DNA from: a virus
Virus record (IMG/VR): IMGVR_UViG_3300032117_000020
DNA length: 64,000 bases
Direction: 5' to 3' (one strand)
Under the pieces are notes generated by a model, which worked only from the letters and a program-made list of their open reading frames with translations, was not told the DNA's origin and did not search any database. Each line of letters starts with the position of its first letter. Within the stretch, counting starts at the first letter, position 1. Positions 25,587-34,418 of the stretch are shown piece after piece. Both the position numbers and the translations under genes were made by a program.

Positions 25587-26333
25587 ATGAACAATACTCA
25601 AACAATTGACCAATCAACAATCAATAAAATCACAGCATTGATGAATCTCAAAGATCATCGCGGTGCTACTGAAAATGAAGCTGCGAATGCCTCCGCCCAT
25701 GTGATGCGACTTCTCGCCAAATATAATCTTGATATCACTGAGTTTGATAAAATTGCAAATCCGGTGGAAAATATTGATCAGGAAAGAATTCCAAATGAAC
25801 AACGGTCAATGCCTGTATGGAAGACAAATCTTCTTCAGGCCATTGCCAAGGCTCATTTTTGTCAGATTTATCTTTCACATGGATATCGTGAGACATGCCA
25901 TGTCCTGGTAGGCAAGCCCACTAATGTGAGTGCGGTGAAGATTGTATATGGATTCCTGTCCGATGTCGTAGAGACTGAAGCAAAGGAAGCACTCAAACAC
26001 TATAAAGGATTTGAGCATGGAAAGAAATATCTCAATGCATTTCGGCTTGGAATGGCTTCTAGAATTGCAGAACGGCTTAAACAGGAAATGAATCTTATTC
26101 AACAAGATCATGTGAAAGCGATTGGCGAATCTGATAGCAAAAGTATTGTGGTAAAGAATATCTATGATGAGGCACAAAAGGAAATTAAAGAATATTACGC
26201 CACTGTGGGAATTAAACTTCGTGCATCGTCTTATTCTGGTGTTGTGGGATCGGGCGCGGGGTTCAGTAAAGGATATGAGGCAGCGGGAAATGTGCCACTT
26301 CATTCATCGCCATCATTGAAGCAGAGGAATTAA
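25587..26333 (+). CDS. DUF2786-like phage protein (tentative)
   Basis: N-term KITALMNL...ATENEAANASAHVMRLLAKYNLD resembles the DUF2786 signature. Confidence 0.5.
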   Translation: MNNTQTIDQSTINKITALMNLKDHRGATENEAANASAHVMRLLAKYNLDITEFDKIANPVENIDQERIPNEQRSMPVWKTNLLQAIAKAHFCQIYLSHGYRETCHVLVGKPTNVSAVKIVYGFLSDVVETEAKEALKHYKGFEHGKKYLNAFRLGMASRIAERLKQEMNLIQQDHVKAIGESDSKSIVVKNIYDEAQKEIKEYYATVGIKLRASSYSGVVGSGAGFSKGYEAAGNVPLHSSPSLKQRN

Positions 26334-26334
26334 A

Positions 26335-26562
26335 ATGGACACAGATGATCGATTTCTATATGATGTCATTGAAACTGATGGTGGCGACTACACTAAGATA
26401 ATTGGCGAATATCTCACGGATTCGGATGTCGATTTCGCCCTAAAACATAGGCAACGCTGGCGATTTAATGGTGGTAAAGAACCAAAAGGCAATATTATTA
26501 TCAAAAAATATAGATTAGAATTAATTGATGAAGATTATTCATTTGATTCGATTTGGTTATGA
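26335..26562 (+). CDS. hypothetical protein (75 aa)
   Basis: ORF track. Confidence 0.45.
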   Translation: MDTDDRFLYDVIETDGGDYTKIIGEYLTDSDVDFALKHRQRWRFNGGKEPKGNIIIKKYRLELIDEDYSFDSIWL

Positions 26563-26569
26563 TTAAATT

Positions 26570-27040
26570 ATGTACATTTCTAAAAAAGACAAAGAATTCT
26601 ATAACTATGAAAAGATTGCCTTAGCCACTATTGTGGGAATGCAGGATTCAGATGATTATCTAGGCGAAGATGGATGCAAAGATTTAATGAGTAGAATTTC
26701 TAAGGCATTTAATATTCCATGTCCGACGTTTAAACTTACAAGAAAAGATTCTGGATTTTGCTACTACAAAAAATTAGAGCATGCAATTTACTATAATCCC
26801 TATTGGGGGCTCACCACACCAACGACATTGCATGAAATGGCACATGCCGTAATCGGTTGTAAAAATGTCTCTGAGGACAGTCATGGTCCATATTTCGTGA
26901 GAGAATGGATGGATATTGTGGCGCGAATGTATGATATGAATGTGGAATTATTTGAGCAATTGGCAGATAAGAGAAACATTGAGTATAAGAAAAGAAATAT
27001 ATTTATTACAGAAAATGAATATCGACCAAAATATGGATAA
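26570..27040 (+). CDS. putative HExxH zinc metallopeptidase (SprT/WLM-like)
   Basis: TTLHEMAHAVIG motif. Confidence 0.5.
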   Translation: MYISKKDKEFYNYEKIALATIVGMQDSDDYLGEDGCKDLMSRISKAFNIPCPTFKLTRKDSGFCYYKKLEHAIYYNPYWGLTTPTTLHEMAHAVIGCKNVSEDSHGPYFVREWMDIVARMYDMNVELFEQLADKRNIEYKKRNIFITENEYRPKYG

Positions 27041-27045
27041 GATTT

Positions 27046-27417
27046 ATGAGAATTAGTACAGTAGAAATTAGAAAATATATTGCCGATGACGGCGCAGTCT
27101 TTTATAATGAAGAAGACTGCGAAAAATATGAGAAGATTGTTTGGAATTACTACTTGGTTACCGCAGGCCCGGATCTCACAGAAGGTCGCGGATATTATAA
27201 GAGCCATCTGATTAAAGTGGCTGGCTATAAAGATATTGCATTGTGCAAAGTTCAGGATTGGTGCTTTAAAACTTATGGATCGCCGCTTGCATATGTACAG
27301 GGGGTGAGCGAAATTCCAAACTGGATAATCAGCGAAACAACGCCATTGCTGTATCAGCGAGGCACTTCTACATCTGTTGGAGATTATCGCTATGAGTCTA
27401 CTCAAATAACTTTATGA
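27046..27417 (+). CDS. hypothetical protein (123 aa)
   Basis: ORF track. Confidence 0.5.
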   Translation: MRISTVEIRKYIADDGAVFYNEEDCEKYEKIVWNYYLVTAGPDLTEGRGYYKSHLIKVAGYKDIALCKVQDWCFKTYGSPLAYVQGVSEIPNWIISETTPLLYQRGTSTSVGDYRYESTQITL

Positions 27418-28346
27418 CTTTAAATTCTTTTTTCTGCGGAATAGGTGGCATGGATAAGGGCTTTCATAATGAGGGCTTTTCTACCATATATGCCAATGAA
27501 TTCAGCAAAAATATTGCAGAATCTTTTAAAGCAAATTTTCCTGATACTATTCTCGATACTAGGTCAATTTCAAAAATTCCTCTATCTGATATTCCAAATT
27601 CTGATGGTATTCTTGGCGGTTTTCCATGTCAGAGCTACAGCGCCGCAGGCGCTAAGAGAGGTATAGAAGATCCAAGAGGAAAATTGTTTTATGATTATCT
27701 AAAAATTATTGAGCATATTAAGCCAAAATTTGTGGTTTCTGAGAATGTGAAAGGGCTATTATCTCCTAGAAATTCTGACACTTTTTCTATGATGCTAAAA
27801 TCTATTGAAAATATTGGATATAATGTGTCGTACCGGCTAATTAACTGTGCGGATTATGGCATTGCTCAAGAAAGAGAACGAGTGATTATTGTGGCGTATA
27901 GGAATGATTTAAATAAGACTTTCATTTTTCCAGAGCCAATGAATGAAAGAAAAAACTTGAGAGATGTAATGGGGGATTTAGAAAACCTTGAATTTAATGT
28001 GAATAATCATGAATATATTGATGATGGATATTCGCCAATATTTATGTCGAGGCAGCGTGTGAGGGGTTGGAACGAGCCATCTTTCACTATTCTTGCATCA
28101 AGCAGATTTATTCCATTCCACCCATCATCTCCAAAGATGATCAAACACGGCGATAACTTTGAATTCGCGCCAGGAAATTATCGCAGACTCACTGTGAGAG
28201 AATGTGCCAGAATTCAATCCTTTCCAGATAATTATAAGATTGTTTACAAAAATATTAGAGATGGTTATAAAATGATAGGAAATGCTGTGCCACCAATTCT
28301 GGCTCAGATTATCGCAAGGAAAATTAAAGAAGATTTTTCCCGATAA
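27414..28346 (+). CDS. dcm: C5-cytosine DNA methyltransferase
   Basis: motif I FCGIGG, motif IV GFPCQSYS, ENV, QERER, GNAVPP all present in canonical order. Confidence 0.85.
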   Translation: MTLNSFFCGIGGMDKGFHNEGFSTIYANEFSKNIAESFKANFPDTILDTRSISKIPLSDIPNSDGILGGFPCQSYSAAGAKRGIEDPRGKLFYDYLKIIEHIKPKFVVSENVKGLLSPRNSDTFSMMLKSIENIGYNVSYRLINCADYGIAQERERVIIVAYRNDLNKTFIFPEPMNERKNLRDVMGDLENLEFNVNNHEYIDDGYSPIFMSRQRVRGWNEPSFTILASSRFIPFHPSSPKMIKHGDNFEFAPGNYRRLTVRECARIQSFPDNYKIVYKNIRDGYKMIGNAVPPILAQIIARKIKEDFSR

Positions 28347-28363
28347 AAATAAAAACTATAATA
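28334..28363 (+). promoter_or_regulatory. conserved promoter-like motif overlapping the last codons of the methyltransferase
   Basis: GATTTTTCCCGATAAAAATAAAAACTATAATA; encodes ...EDFSR*; ATG 28368. Confidence 0.5.
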
Positions 28364-28367
28364 GTGT

Positions 28368-29207
28368 ATGAAAAATCAAGAAATTATCTACAAAACTGTT
28401 GTAGGAAGTCGCTCTCATGGTCTACATGTAGAGGGGATTTCAGACTTTGATTATCGCTATATTTTTAAACCATCATTAAAAAGCATTCTTTCTCCTTTTA
28501 AAAATCAGGAAAGAAAAATTGAGAATAAAAATGATGAAGATGTGGAATCATGGTCTATTGCTTCATTTTGTGAACATTTATGCAAAGGCAACCCCACAAT
28601 GTATGAGGTTATCAAAAGCCCATTATATGATAAAAATCTTGAACATTCAGAACAGATTCGTAAAATGATGCCGTTATCTTTGGACTCAAGAAAAATTCTG
28701 ATGGCTCATGCTGGTTATATTGAGGCGCAATTGAAGCGCTATTTGAGAAAGGCCAGTCATGATTTTAAAGATTATCAATATAAAATGTATTATGATCCCA
28801 ACATGCCACTTCTGGGCATTCCAAAATATGAGATGAAACAATATACCGGATATTCTCAGTTAGAAATTGATGGAGTCTGGGAATTAAATCATCTCCGTAG
28901 GGTGCCGAAAAGCTGCTGTGCTGGATATCGAATTTTCAGTCAATGCATGCAGCTCCTTGAGACAGGCGATTTCTGTCCTGTAATCAGCGATTATTCTCCA
29001 GAACTTCATGATGAATTGATGGAGATTAAACTGATGGACCCATCAACCATTACATGCGGATTCATTCAAACACATCTTGATGAACTTGAGCAAAAAATTA
29101 AAGATCTTCATAAATTTTTTGATAGCCTTCCAGAAAGCAAAAGGAATATGAAACCCAACATCTCAAAAATTGAAGACATTTTATGTGAAATCTATGGAAT
29201 TAGTTAA
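28368..29207 (+). CDS. Pol-beta superfamily nucleotidyltransferase (279 aa)
   Basis: VVGSRSHGLHVEGISDFDYRYIF = hG[GS]x9-13 D x D motif. Confidence 0.55.
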   Translation: MKNQEIIYKTVVGSRSHGLHVEGISDFDYRYIFKPSLKSILSPFKNQERKIENKNDEDVESWSIASFCEHLCKGNPTMYEVIKSPLYDKNLEHSEQIRKMMPLSLDSRKILMAHAGYIEAQLKRYLRKASHDFKDYQYKMYYDPNMPLLGIPKYEMKQYTGYSQLEIDGVWELNHLRRVPKSCCAGYRIFSQCMQLLETGDFCPVISDYSPELHDELMEIKLMDPSTITCGFIQTHLDELEQKIKDLHKFFDSLPESKRNMKPNISKIEDILCEIYGIS

Positions 29208-29568
29208 AAGATTTAATGCAAATGCTGTAATTGAGCCAAATGGCAAAATTCATCGAACAGCCTGTATGGGGCATCATAGTGTGCTCTGTGATGTTGCCAA
29301 CTATCAGGATTATGTAAGCAAACAATTCGACAATGGCAAAAGGGCAGACGGTCATGAATGGCAGGACTCTATGATTAATGATCGTCATTATATGATGGTT
29401 TGTGGCATTGAGTACTTTGTGGATACGGTGTATAGAGTTGTTTGCAGCAATACACCTACTCCACAGAGTGTGGAGTCATTATATAAAATCATTCAAGAAT
29501 CTCATGAATATGGTGACCTTACCACCTATCGACAGCTTTTAGAAATCTACAATCAATTATTAAAATAA
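29170..29568 (+). CDS. hypothetical protein (132 aa)
   Basis: ORF track; start uncertain. Confidence 0.4.
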   Translation: MKTFYVKSMELVKRFNANAVIEPNGKIHRTACMGHHSVLCDVANYQDYVSKQFDNGKRADGHEWQDSMINDRHYMMVCGIEYFVDTVYRVVCSNTPTPQSVESLYKIIQESHEYGDLTTYRQLLEIYNQLLK

Positions 29569-29571
29569 TCA

Positions 29572-30114
29572 ATGAAACAATTACTAATTTTACCAATTCA
29601 CTCATCTGCTGATATTATCACTAATTCCAGCAGTGAACTTTTTGTCTGTAATACTCAAAAAACCGAGCAGGATATTCGAGAGATGCTTGGATTATTGGCA
29701 CAGGTCACAGGAGATCATGGTGTGGGGAATATCAGGGTCTTACAGGGCGTCGATGGTTTTACACAGGTTTTAAATGATCTTGATGATTATCTAGATCAAT
29801 ATAGTGTGAATGAATTGCTCAGCAAATTTATAGGAGATAATGTTGTTGACAAAGCCGGTGGATATCCAAAATTTAACTACATCCGCGATTACAACAAACC
29901 AAAAGATATGGATTGGGAAGTTTATTATCGAATACAAGTCACCAAACTTCAATTTGCAATTGAAGAGATTGTGAATTGGATTAAAGATAATAATCTAGAA
30001 AATCATTTTGGCACCATCACATTGATTGAAAGCGAATCAGACAATTCGATTCCATATGAATTGTTTGATATTCTAGAATCTCAATTAAATGGCGTGAGGT
30101 ACCATCTTGGATAA
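29572..30114 (+). CDS. hypothetical protein, paralogue of next gene (shared IITNSSSELF motif)
   Basis: ORF track; paralogy by eye. Confidence 0.5.
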   Translation: MKQLLILPIHSSADIITNSSSELFVCNTQKTEQDIREMLGLLAQVTGDHGVGNIRVLQGVDGFTQVLNDLDDYLDQYSVNELLSKFIGDNVVDKAGGYPKFNYIRDYNKPKDMDWEVYYRIQVTKLQFAIEEIVNWIKDNNLENHFGTITLIESESDNSIPYELFDILESQLNGVRYHLG

Positions 30115-30619
30115 TAAAAATCAAAATCGAAGCTATGCCATTAAGTTTCATTCATTTGCTGGGATTATCACTAACTCCAGCAGTGAACTGTTTATGGTTA
30201 CCAACTCCAAGACTGAGGCTGAGATTATTGATGTGATCTGCAATCTCTATAAATCAACAGAGGCAGAGCCTGATGATATCAACATCACACTCATTGCTGA
30301 TGTGAGTCAGATGATTGATTTAGCATTAGCGGCAGGGATTAGTGTGGCAAAAAAATTGTTTAAAATCATTGATGTTGAGTGCGATGTTGAACCTGTGGAG
30401 ATTAGACCCGCAGTCTCAGGCTGGACTGCACTTAATAATGCCTATGAACTTCAAGACAGCATCAATCTTGATACACTGAAGGTTTTCATATCAGATAATG
30501 AAAAAGAGATTCAGGATAAATTTATGCCTTTTCTATATGTGAGGGCATGGTGTCAGGATTCAGAGGATTTTGGCAATATTGTGAGAGATCTTAATGGAAT
30601 TGAATTAGGAGGTTTTTAA
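30107..30619 (+). CDS. hypothetical protein, paralogue of previous gene
   Basis: GIITNSSSELFMV. Confidence 0.5.
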   Translation: MDNKNQNRSYAIKFHSFAGIITNSSSELFMVTNSKTEAEIIDVICNLYKSTEAEPDDINITLIADVSQMIDLALAAGISVAKKLFKIIDVECDVEPVEIRPAVSGWTALNNAYELQDSINLDTLKVFISDNEKEIQDKFMPFLYVRAWCQDSEDFGNIVRDLNGIELGGF

Positions 30620-30620
30620 A

Positions 30621-31484
30621 ATGCTTAGGCAAAGAAGATTTGAAGAAGAAAATTATCATGCGATTTTTAATAATGGCAAAACATTGAGATTTGCCATTGA
30701 TCCATCTAAACCAATTTTACCATTGAGATATCCTGAGATTGAGGATTGGGCCATAAATACAATCTGCCTAGCGAATTGCTCGTGGTGCTATGTATCTGCA
30801 TTAAAAACTGGAATTAACTTTGATAATGTAGTGGAAAAAATTCAAGATTATTTCGGAATTATAAGTTTAAACCATAGACCTACACAAATCGCGATAGGGG
30901 GCGCTGGTGAGCCAACAATGCACCCAGATTTTCCAGAGATTTTAAAAACCACATATGACCTCCAAATAATGCCAAACTATACCACCAATGCCATGCATTT
31001 ATCAGATAGGGTTGTGGATGCAACTATAAAATATTCAGGCGGAGCGGCTATTTCATGTCATCCTCATTTGAAAAAGGTATGGACAAAAGGCATTAATATT
31101 CTCACCGAGGCAGGCATCAATACATGTCTACATATTATTCTTGGTGAACCAGGTTCTAACGATGAATTTTGGCGAATTTATGATTCCACTAAAAATATTC
31201 ATTATTATGTGGTGCTGCCATATCAGGCTGCGGGCAGAGCAAAAAAAATTGATGCGGAAAAGGAATGGGATTTATTCTTTAAAGAGGCATTGATTCGGAA
31301 ACCTGATGATGTGAGTTTCGGTGCATTGTTTTATGATTATTTTCTAAGAAATAGAGACATCATGGCAAAGCTTAATGTGAGCATATATGAGCCAGAGGTG
31401 CTTTCGGGATACCGTATTTTTGATGATTCTTATAAACTGCTTAGAAAATCAAGCTATGACCTATCACCAAAATTTAATGATTAA
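30621..31484 (+). CDS. radical SAM enzyme
   Basis: CLANCSWCY = C-x3-C-x2-C cluster; downstream IAIGGAGEPTMHPDF glycine-rich SAM-binding motif. Confidence 0.65.
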   Translation: MLRQRRFEEENYHAIFNNGKTLRFAIDPSKPILPLRYPEIEDWAINTICLANCSWCYVSALKTGINFDNVVEKIQDYFGIISLNHRPTQIAIGGAGEPTMHPDFPEILKTTYDLQIMPNYTTNAMHLSDRVVDATIKYSGGAAISCHPHLKKVWTKGINILTEAGINTCLHIILGEPGSNDEFWRIYDSTKNIHYYVVLPYQAAGRAKKIDAEKEWDLFFKEALIRKPDDVSFGALFYDYFLRNRDIMAKLNVSIYEPEVLSGYRIFDDSYKLLRKSSYDLSPKFND

Positions 31485-31489
31485 ACATT

Positions 31490-31714
31490 ATGAGCAATTT
31501 TCAAGTAGGAGACAAAGTATATTTTTTAAGTTCATATGAATTTAATATAGGCGAAGTGAATGTGATCAATTCCGAATACATATTTGTAAAACTTTTAGAT
31601 CCGTTGTCATCAATTTACTATCCGTACCGTGATACAATAGCATTTGATATTAATAATAATAATCATAGACTAAGATTAGTAAGAAAATCCCCAGAATATT
31701 TTAAAGAACTATGA
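31490..31714 (+). CDS. KIGD/PEYF mini-protein family member (array E)
   Basis: MSNFQVGDKV... KSPEYFKEL. Confidence 0.55.
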   Translation: MSNFQVGDKVYFLSSYEFNIGEVNVINSEYIFVKLLDPLSSIYYPYRDTIAFDINNNNHRLRLVRKSPEYFKEL

Positions 31715-31965
31715 GCAATTTTAAATTTAAAGTAGGAGATTATGTGAAGTGGCGAGGCTTGTTGTCACAATATAGTGGCGTGATTGAGAATCTTTATACC
31801 ACATCCGCCACTGTGAGAATGGATTTTAGTTCACATAAACTGCTTAAGAAAGATACAGGATTTGATCTTGAAGGTAAATTATTTAGTATTGAATATTATA
31901 AGCTTACACATGTCATAAATTGTCCGGAGTATTTCAATGAAATCAATGAAAGCCAAAGATATTAA
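31711..31965 (+). CDS. KIGD/PEYF mini-protein family member (array E)
   Basis: MSNFKFKVGDYV... INCPEYFNEI + short read-through extension. Confidence 0.55.
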   Translation: MSNFKFKVGDYVKWRGLLSQYSGVIENLYTTSATVRMDFSSHKLLKKDTGFDLEGKLFSIEYYKLTHVINCPEYFNEINESQRY

Positions 31966-32158
31966 AAATCATAAGATCGTGAGAATAACCAGGGCCAATA
32001 ATTATAAATGGAACAATACCATTTTAAAAAGATGTGATTCACATTTAATTGTGATCAAATCGCCACTTGGCCATAAAAACCATGAATTCGCGATTGAATC
32101 ACTGTTTGACACTGATTTTAGATATTTTATAGAAAAACCGGAGTATATGAAAGAATGA
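31937..32158 (+). CDS. KIGD/PEYF family-related mini-protein (array E)
   Basis: C-term EKPEYMKE; divergent N-terminus. Confidence 0.45.
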   Translation: MKSMKAKDIKNHKIVRITRANNYKWNNTILKRCDSHLIVIKSPLGHKNHEFAIESLFDTDFRYFIEKPEYMKE

Positions 32159-32370
32159 AATTTAAAGTTGGAGATTTAGTGGCAATAAGATCATCGGATA
32201 GATTTAAAGCCCTCGTAGGATTGGTTGAGAACATATATAAGACAGGTTATTATAGTATTTCATTTAGCAATCAAGAACAAGACATCGACAACGGTGCCTG
32301 GGGATTTCATTTTTCTGAAATCCGCAAAGTCTGTGTAAAGCCGGAATATTTTGATGATAATTGTAATTAA
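32155..32370 (+). CDS. KIGD/PEYF mini-protein family member (array E)
   Basis: MKFKVGDLV... VKPEYFDD. Confidence 0.55.
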   Translation: MKFKVGDLVAIRSSDRFKALVGLVENIYKTGYYSISFSNQEQDIDNGAWGFHFSEIRKVCVKPEYFDDNCN

Positions 32371-32575
32371 AAAGTTTGAAATTGGAGATAAAGTAAAATA
32401 TGGCTATGGAGCGAAGTCGTGTTTGGGCGGGCAAATACATCAATTTTTTGGCAATATAGCGATAATTAGACTTTTTCCAGAATCCTCAAAAACACTAGAT
32501 TTAGAATTTGCTGAAGTGCATATGAAAGATCTTTATCACTTAATGGATTGTCCGAATTATTTTTATGAATCTTAA
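32354..32575 (+). CDS. KIGD/PEYF mini-protein family member (array E)
   Basis: KKFEIGDKV... MDCPNYFYES. Confidence 0.5.
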   Translation: MIIVIKKFEIGDKVKYGYGAKSCLGGQIHQFFGNIAIIRLFPESSKTLDLEFAEVHMKDLYHLMDCPNYFYES

Positions 32576-32604
32576 AATTAATGATTTAAAAATAAAGGTC
32601 TGAG

Positions 32605-32634
32605 ATTTTCCCGATAAAAATAATTTGCATAATA
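32605..32634 (+). promoter_or_regulatory. conserved promoter-like motif
   Basis: GATTTTCCCGATAAAAATAATTTGCATAATA; ATG 32640. Confidence 0.5.
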
Positions 32635-32639
32635 TCCAT

Positions 32640-33053
32640 ATGAAAAGAAAACTAGAAAAAAACTTGTCTGAGGCGCTGAGTCTGTCTAGAAAATTAGGCA
32701 TGAGCGCACTTTCTGATGATCAAAAATTGTTGGTGAGAGAACATAGAAATAAAGTTAGTCGTGCCTGGAGAAGCGCCGAAAAAGGTAAAAATATTCTCAA
32801 AAGATATCAGCAAAGTGAGATAGGCAGGACTGCCTATAAAAGGGCGAATAAAAAGCGTTTTGAACAGAATAAAGAAAAAGTATATGAATACTTAGCTAAG
32901 TATCGTGATACTCCAGAGCGAAGATTAATTGCGGCGCAAAGAAGCAAGGAATGGCGATTGAAGCAGGAAGCAATTAAGAAAGGTTATTATGATATTCTCT
33001 ATGATAATGAATTTTTTTCAGAAAATGAAACAAATATGGAACATACGCAGTAA
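32640..33053 (+). CDS. basic Lys/Arg-rich protein (start refined from 32625)
   Basis: ORF track; promoter spacing. Confidence 0.45.
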   Translation: MKRKLEKNLSEALSLSRKLGMSALSDDQKLLVREHRNKVSRAWRSAEKGKNILKRYQQSEIGRTAYKRANKKRFEQNKEKVYEYLAKYRDTPERRLIAAQRSKEWRLKQEAIKKGYYDILYDNEFFSENETNMEHTQ

Positions 33054-33100
33054 CAATAAATATAGGTCAATGGCGATCAAAATAAAATAGGAGATCAAAA

Positions 33101-33286
33101 ATGACTAAATATGAATTAATGGCGGAAGCCATGGGAATATATGAGCAAATTCATAATTCCAACATCAAAATATCAAACTCTAAGAATGTAATGCTTTGTA
33201 GAAGGCTTCATTTAATTGAAGAAGAATTGGGCGAAGAGCTCAACTATAATATCTGCAAAGATTATTTTCGAGTTTCAATGAAGTAG
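33101..33286 (+). CDS. hypothetical protein (61 aa)
   Basis: ORF track; AGGAG-like sequence upstream. Confidence 0.4.
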   Translation: MTKYELMAEAMGIYEQIHNSNIKISNSKNVMLCRRLHLIEEELGEELNYNICKDYFRVSMK

Positions 33287-33300
33287 AAATAGGAGAATGT

Positions 33301-33528
33301 ATGAGAATTAATCAACCAATTATTGGCAACAAAAATCGTAATTCTAAATCAAATTGTTTGCATAATAACTGCACACAATGTCACGGCACAGGTGTAAAAA
33401 AGAACGGTCAGCCATGCCATCATATGATTAGCTGCCCCTGTGATATTTGCTCCCCCTGGAACTATGATTCACAGATTATCTACACGAATAAAGCGCCTGT
33501 GAAGTGGCGATTTCCTGATCGATACTAA
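33301..33528 (+). CDS. Cys/His-rich zinc-finger mini-protein
   Basis: CLHNNCTQCHGTG...CHHMISCPCDIC. Confidence 0.45.
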   Translation: MRINQPIIGNKNRNSKSNCLHNNCTQCHGTGVKKNGQPCHHMISCPCDICSPWNYDSQIIYTNKAPVKWRFPDRY

Positions 33529-33530
33529 AT

Positions 33531-33728
33531 ATGGATTCGCCATTGCTGAAAACGGGCTCATATGTGTGGGTTATTAGTATCAATCAAAGAGGCAAATTAA
33601 TTTTTTTATCTGATGATGGTGTTATATGCGCTGTGCAGCTTAAGGCATTCACATACCACTGTTGTAACTGGGATGTAAAAACAATCATTCCTATAAATAT
33701 GCCAAAATACATGAAAGAACCAAAATGA
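33531..33728 (+). CDS. KIGD/PEYF family-related mini-protein (array F)
   Basis: C-term NMPKYMKE. Confidence 0.45.
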   Translation: MDSPLLKTGSYVWVISINQRGKLIFLSDDGVICAVQLKAFTYHCCNWDVKTIIPINMPKYMKEPK

Positions 33729-34120
33729 AAATTGGAGATAAGGTCAGAGTTAGGACCGGAAAGACAATCAGGATAGGTATGTTAAAAGCAATTTTGTCCG
33801 GAAATCTAAAATATAATTATGTGGTAAAGATTGACGATTCTTCAAAATCATTTATATTTGGAGCACATGAAATAAAAAAAACTCATAGATTATCCAGAAT
33901 ACATGAAAGAATTATGAAAGAATTAAAAATTGGAGATAGAGCGAGAGTTGTTGGTTACCACTGGTTTTGCAGAGTTGGCATTATCACAGATATTGATAGG
34001 ACTAAAATGCCATCTGACTATTGGCTAAAACTTGATAAATCTCCACATGAACATAATTTTGGCCTGTGGGAACTTAAAAAATTAATGAATTGTCCAGAAT
34101 ATTTTAAAGAATTAAAATGA
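33725..34120 (+). CDS. tandem fusion of two KIGD/PEYF units (131 aa)
   Basis: MKIGDKVRV... then internal ...RIHERIMKELKIGDRARV... NCPEYFKELK; stop codon between units apparently lost. Confidence 0.55.
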   Translation: MKIGDKVRVRTGKTIRIGMLKAILSGNLKYNYVVKIDDSSKSFIFGAHEIKKTHRLSRIHERIMKELKIGDRARVVGYHWFCRVGIITDIDRTKMPSDYWLKLDKSPHEHNFGLWELKKLMNCPEYFKELK

Positions 34121-34314
34121 AAATTGGAGACAAAGTCAGAGTTAGGACACGCGCTTTTAAAAAATACGGTCCTGGCGTATTGGTGAATCTTTTGACCGAT
34201 GGCAGTGTACATGATCATGTGGTAAAATTTGGGAAATCATCAAATCGATACGCATTTACGGCAAATGAACTTAAAAAATTAATGAATTGCCCAGAATATA
34301 TGAGAGAATTATGA
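34117..34314 (+). CDS. KIGD/PEYF mini-protein family member (array F)
   Basis: MKIGDKVRVRT... MNCPEYMREL; ATGA overlaps. Confidence 0.55.
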   Translation: MKIGDKVRVRTRAFKKYGPGVLVNLLTDGSVHDHVVKFGKSSNRYAFTANELKKLMNCPEYMREL

Positions 34315-34418
34315 ATTTTAAAATTGGAGACAAAGTCATATCCCTCATTAAAGATATTGAGTTCTACGGCAGAGATGCCATCATAGAAGATGTGAATAGT
34401 TGTATCTCCGATAGAAAA
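34311..34418 (+). pseudogene. KIGD/PEYF family member truncated by IS607-like insertion
   Basis: MNFKIGDKVISL... reading frame runs into antisense of tnpB; no PEYF C-terminus. Confidence 0.45.

Noticed and set aside
25875-27405. Minus-strand ORFs 25875..26303 (142 aa) and 26881..27405 (174 aa)
   Set aside because: Fully antisense to + strand genes with recognisable motifs (DUF2786-like, HExxH). No independent signals.
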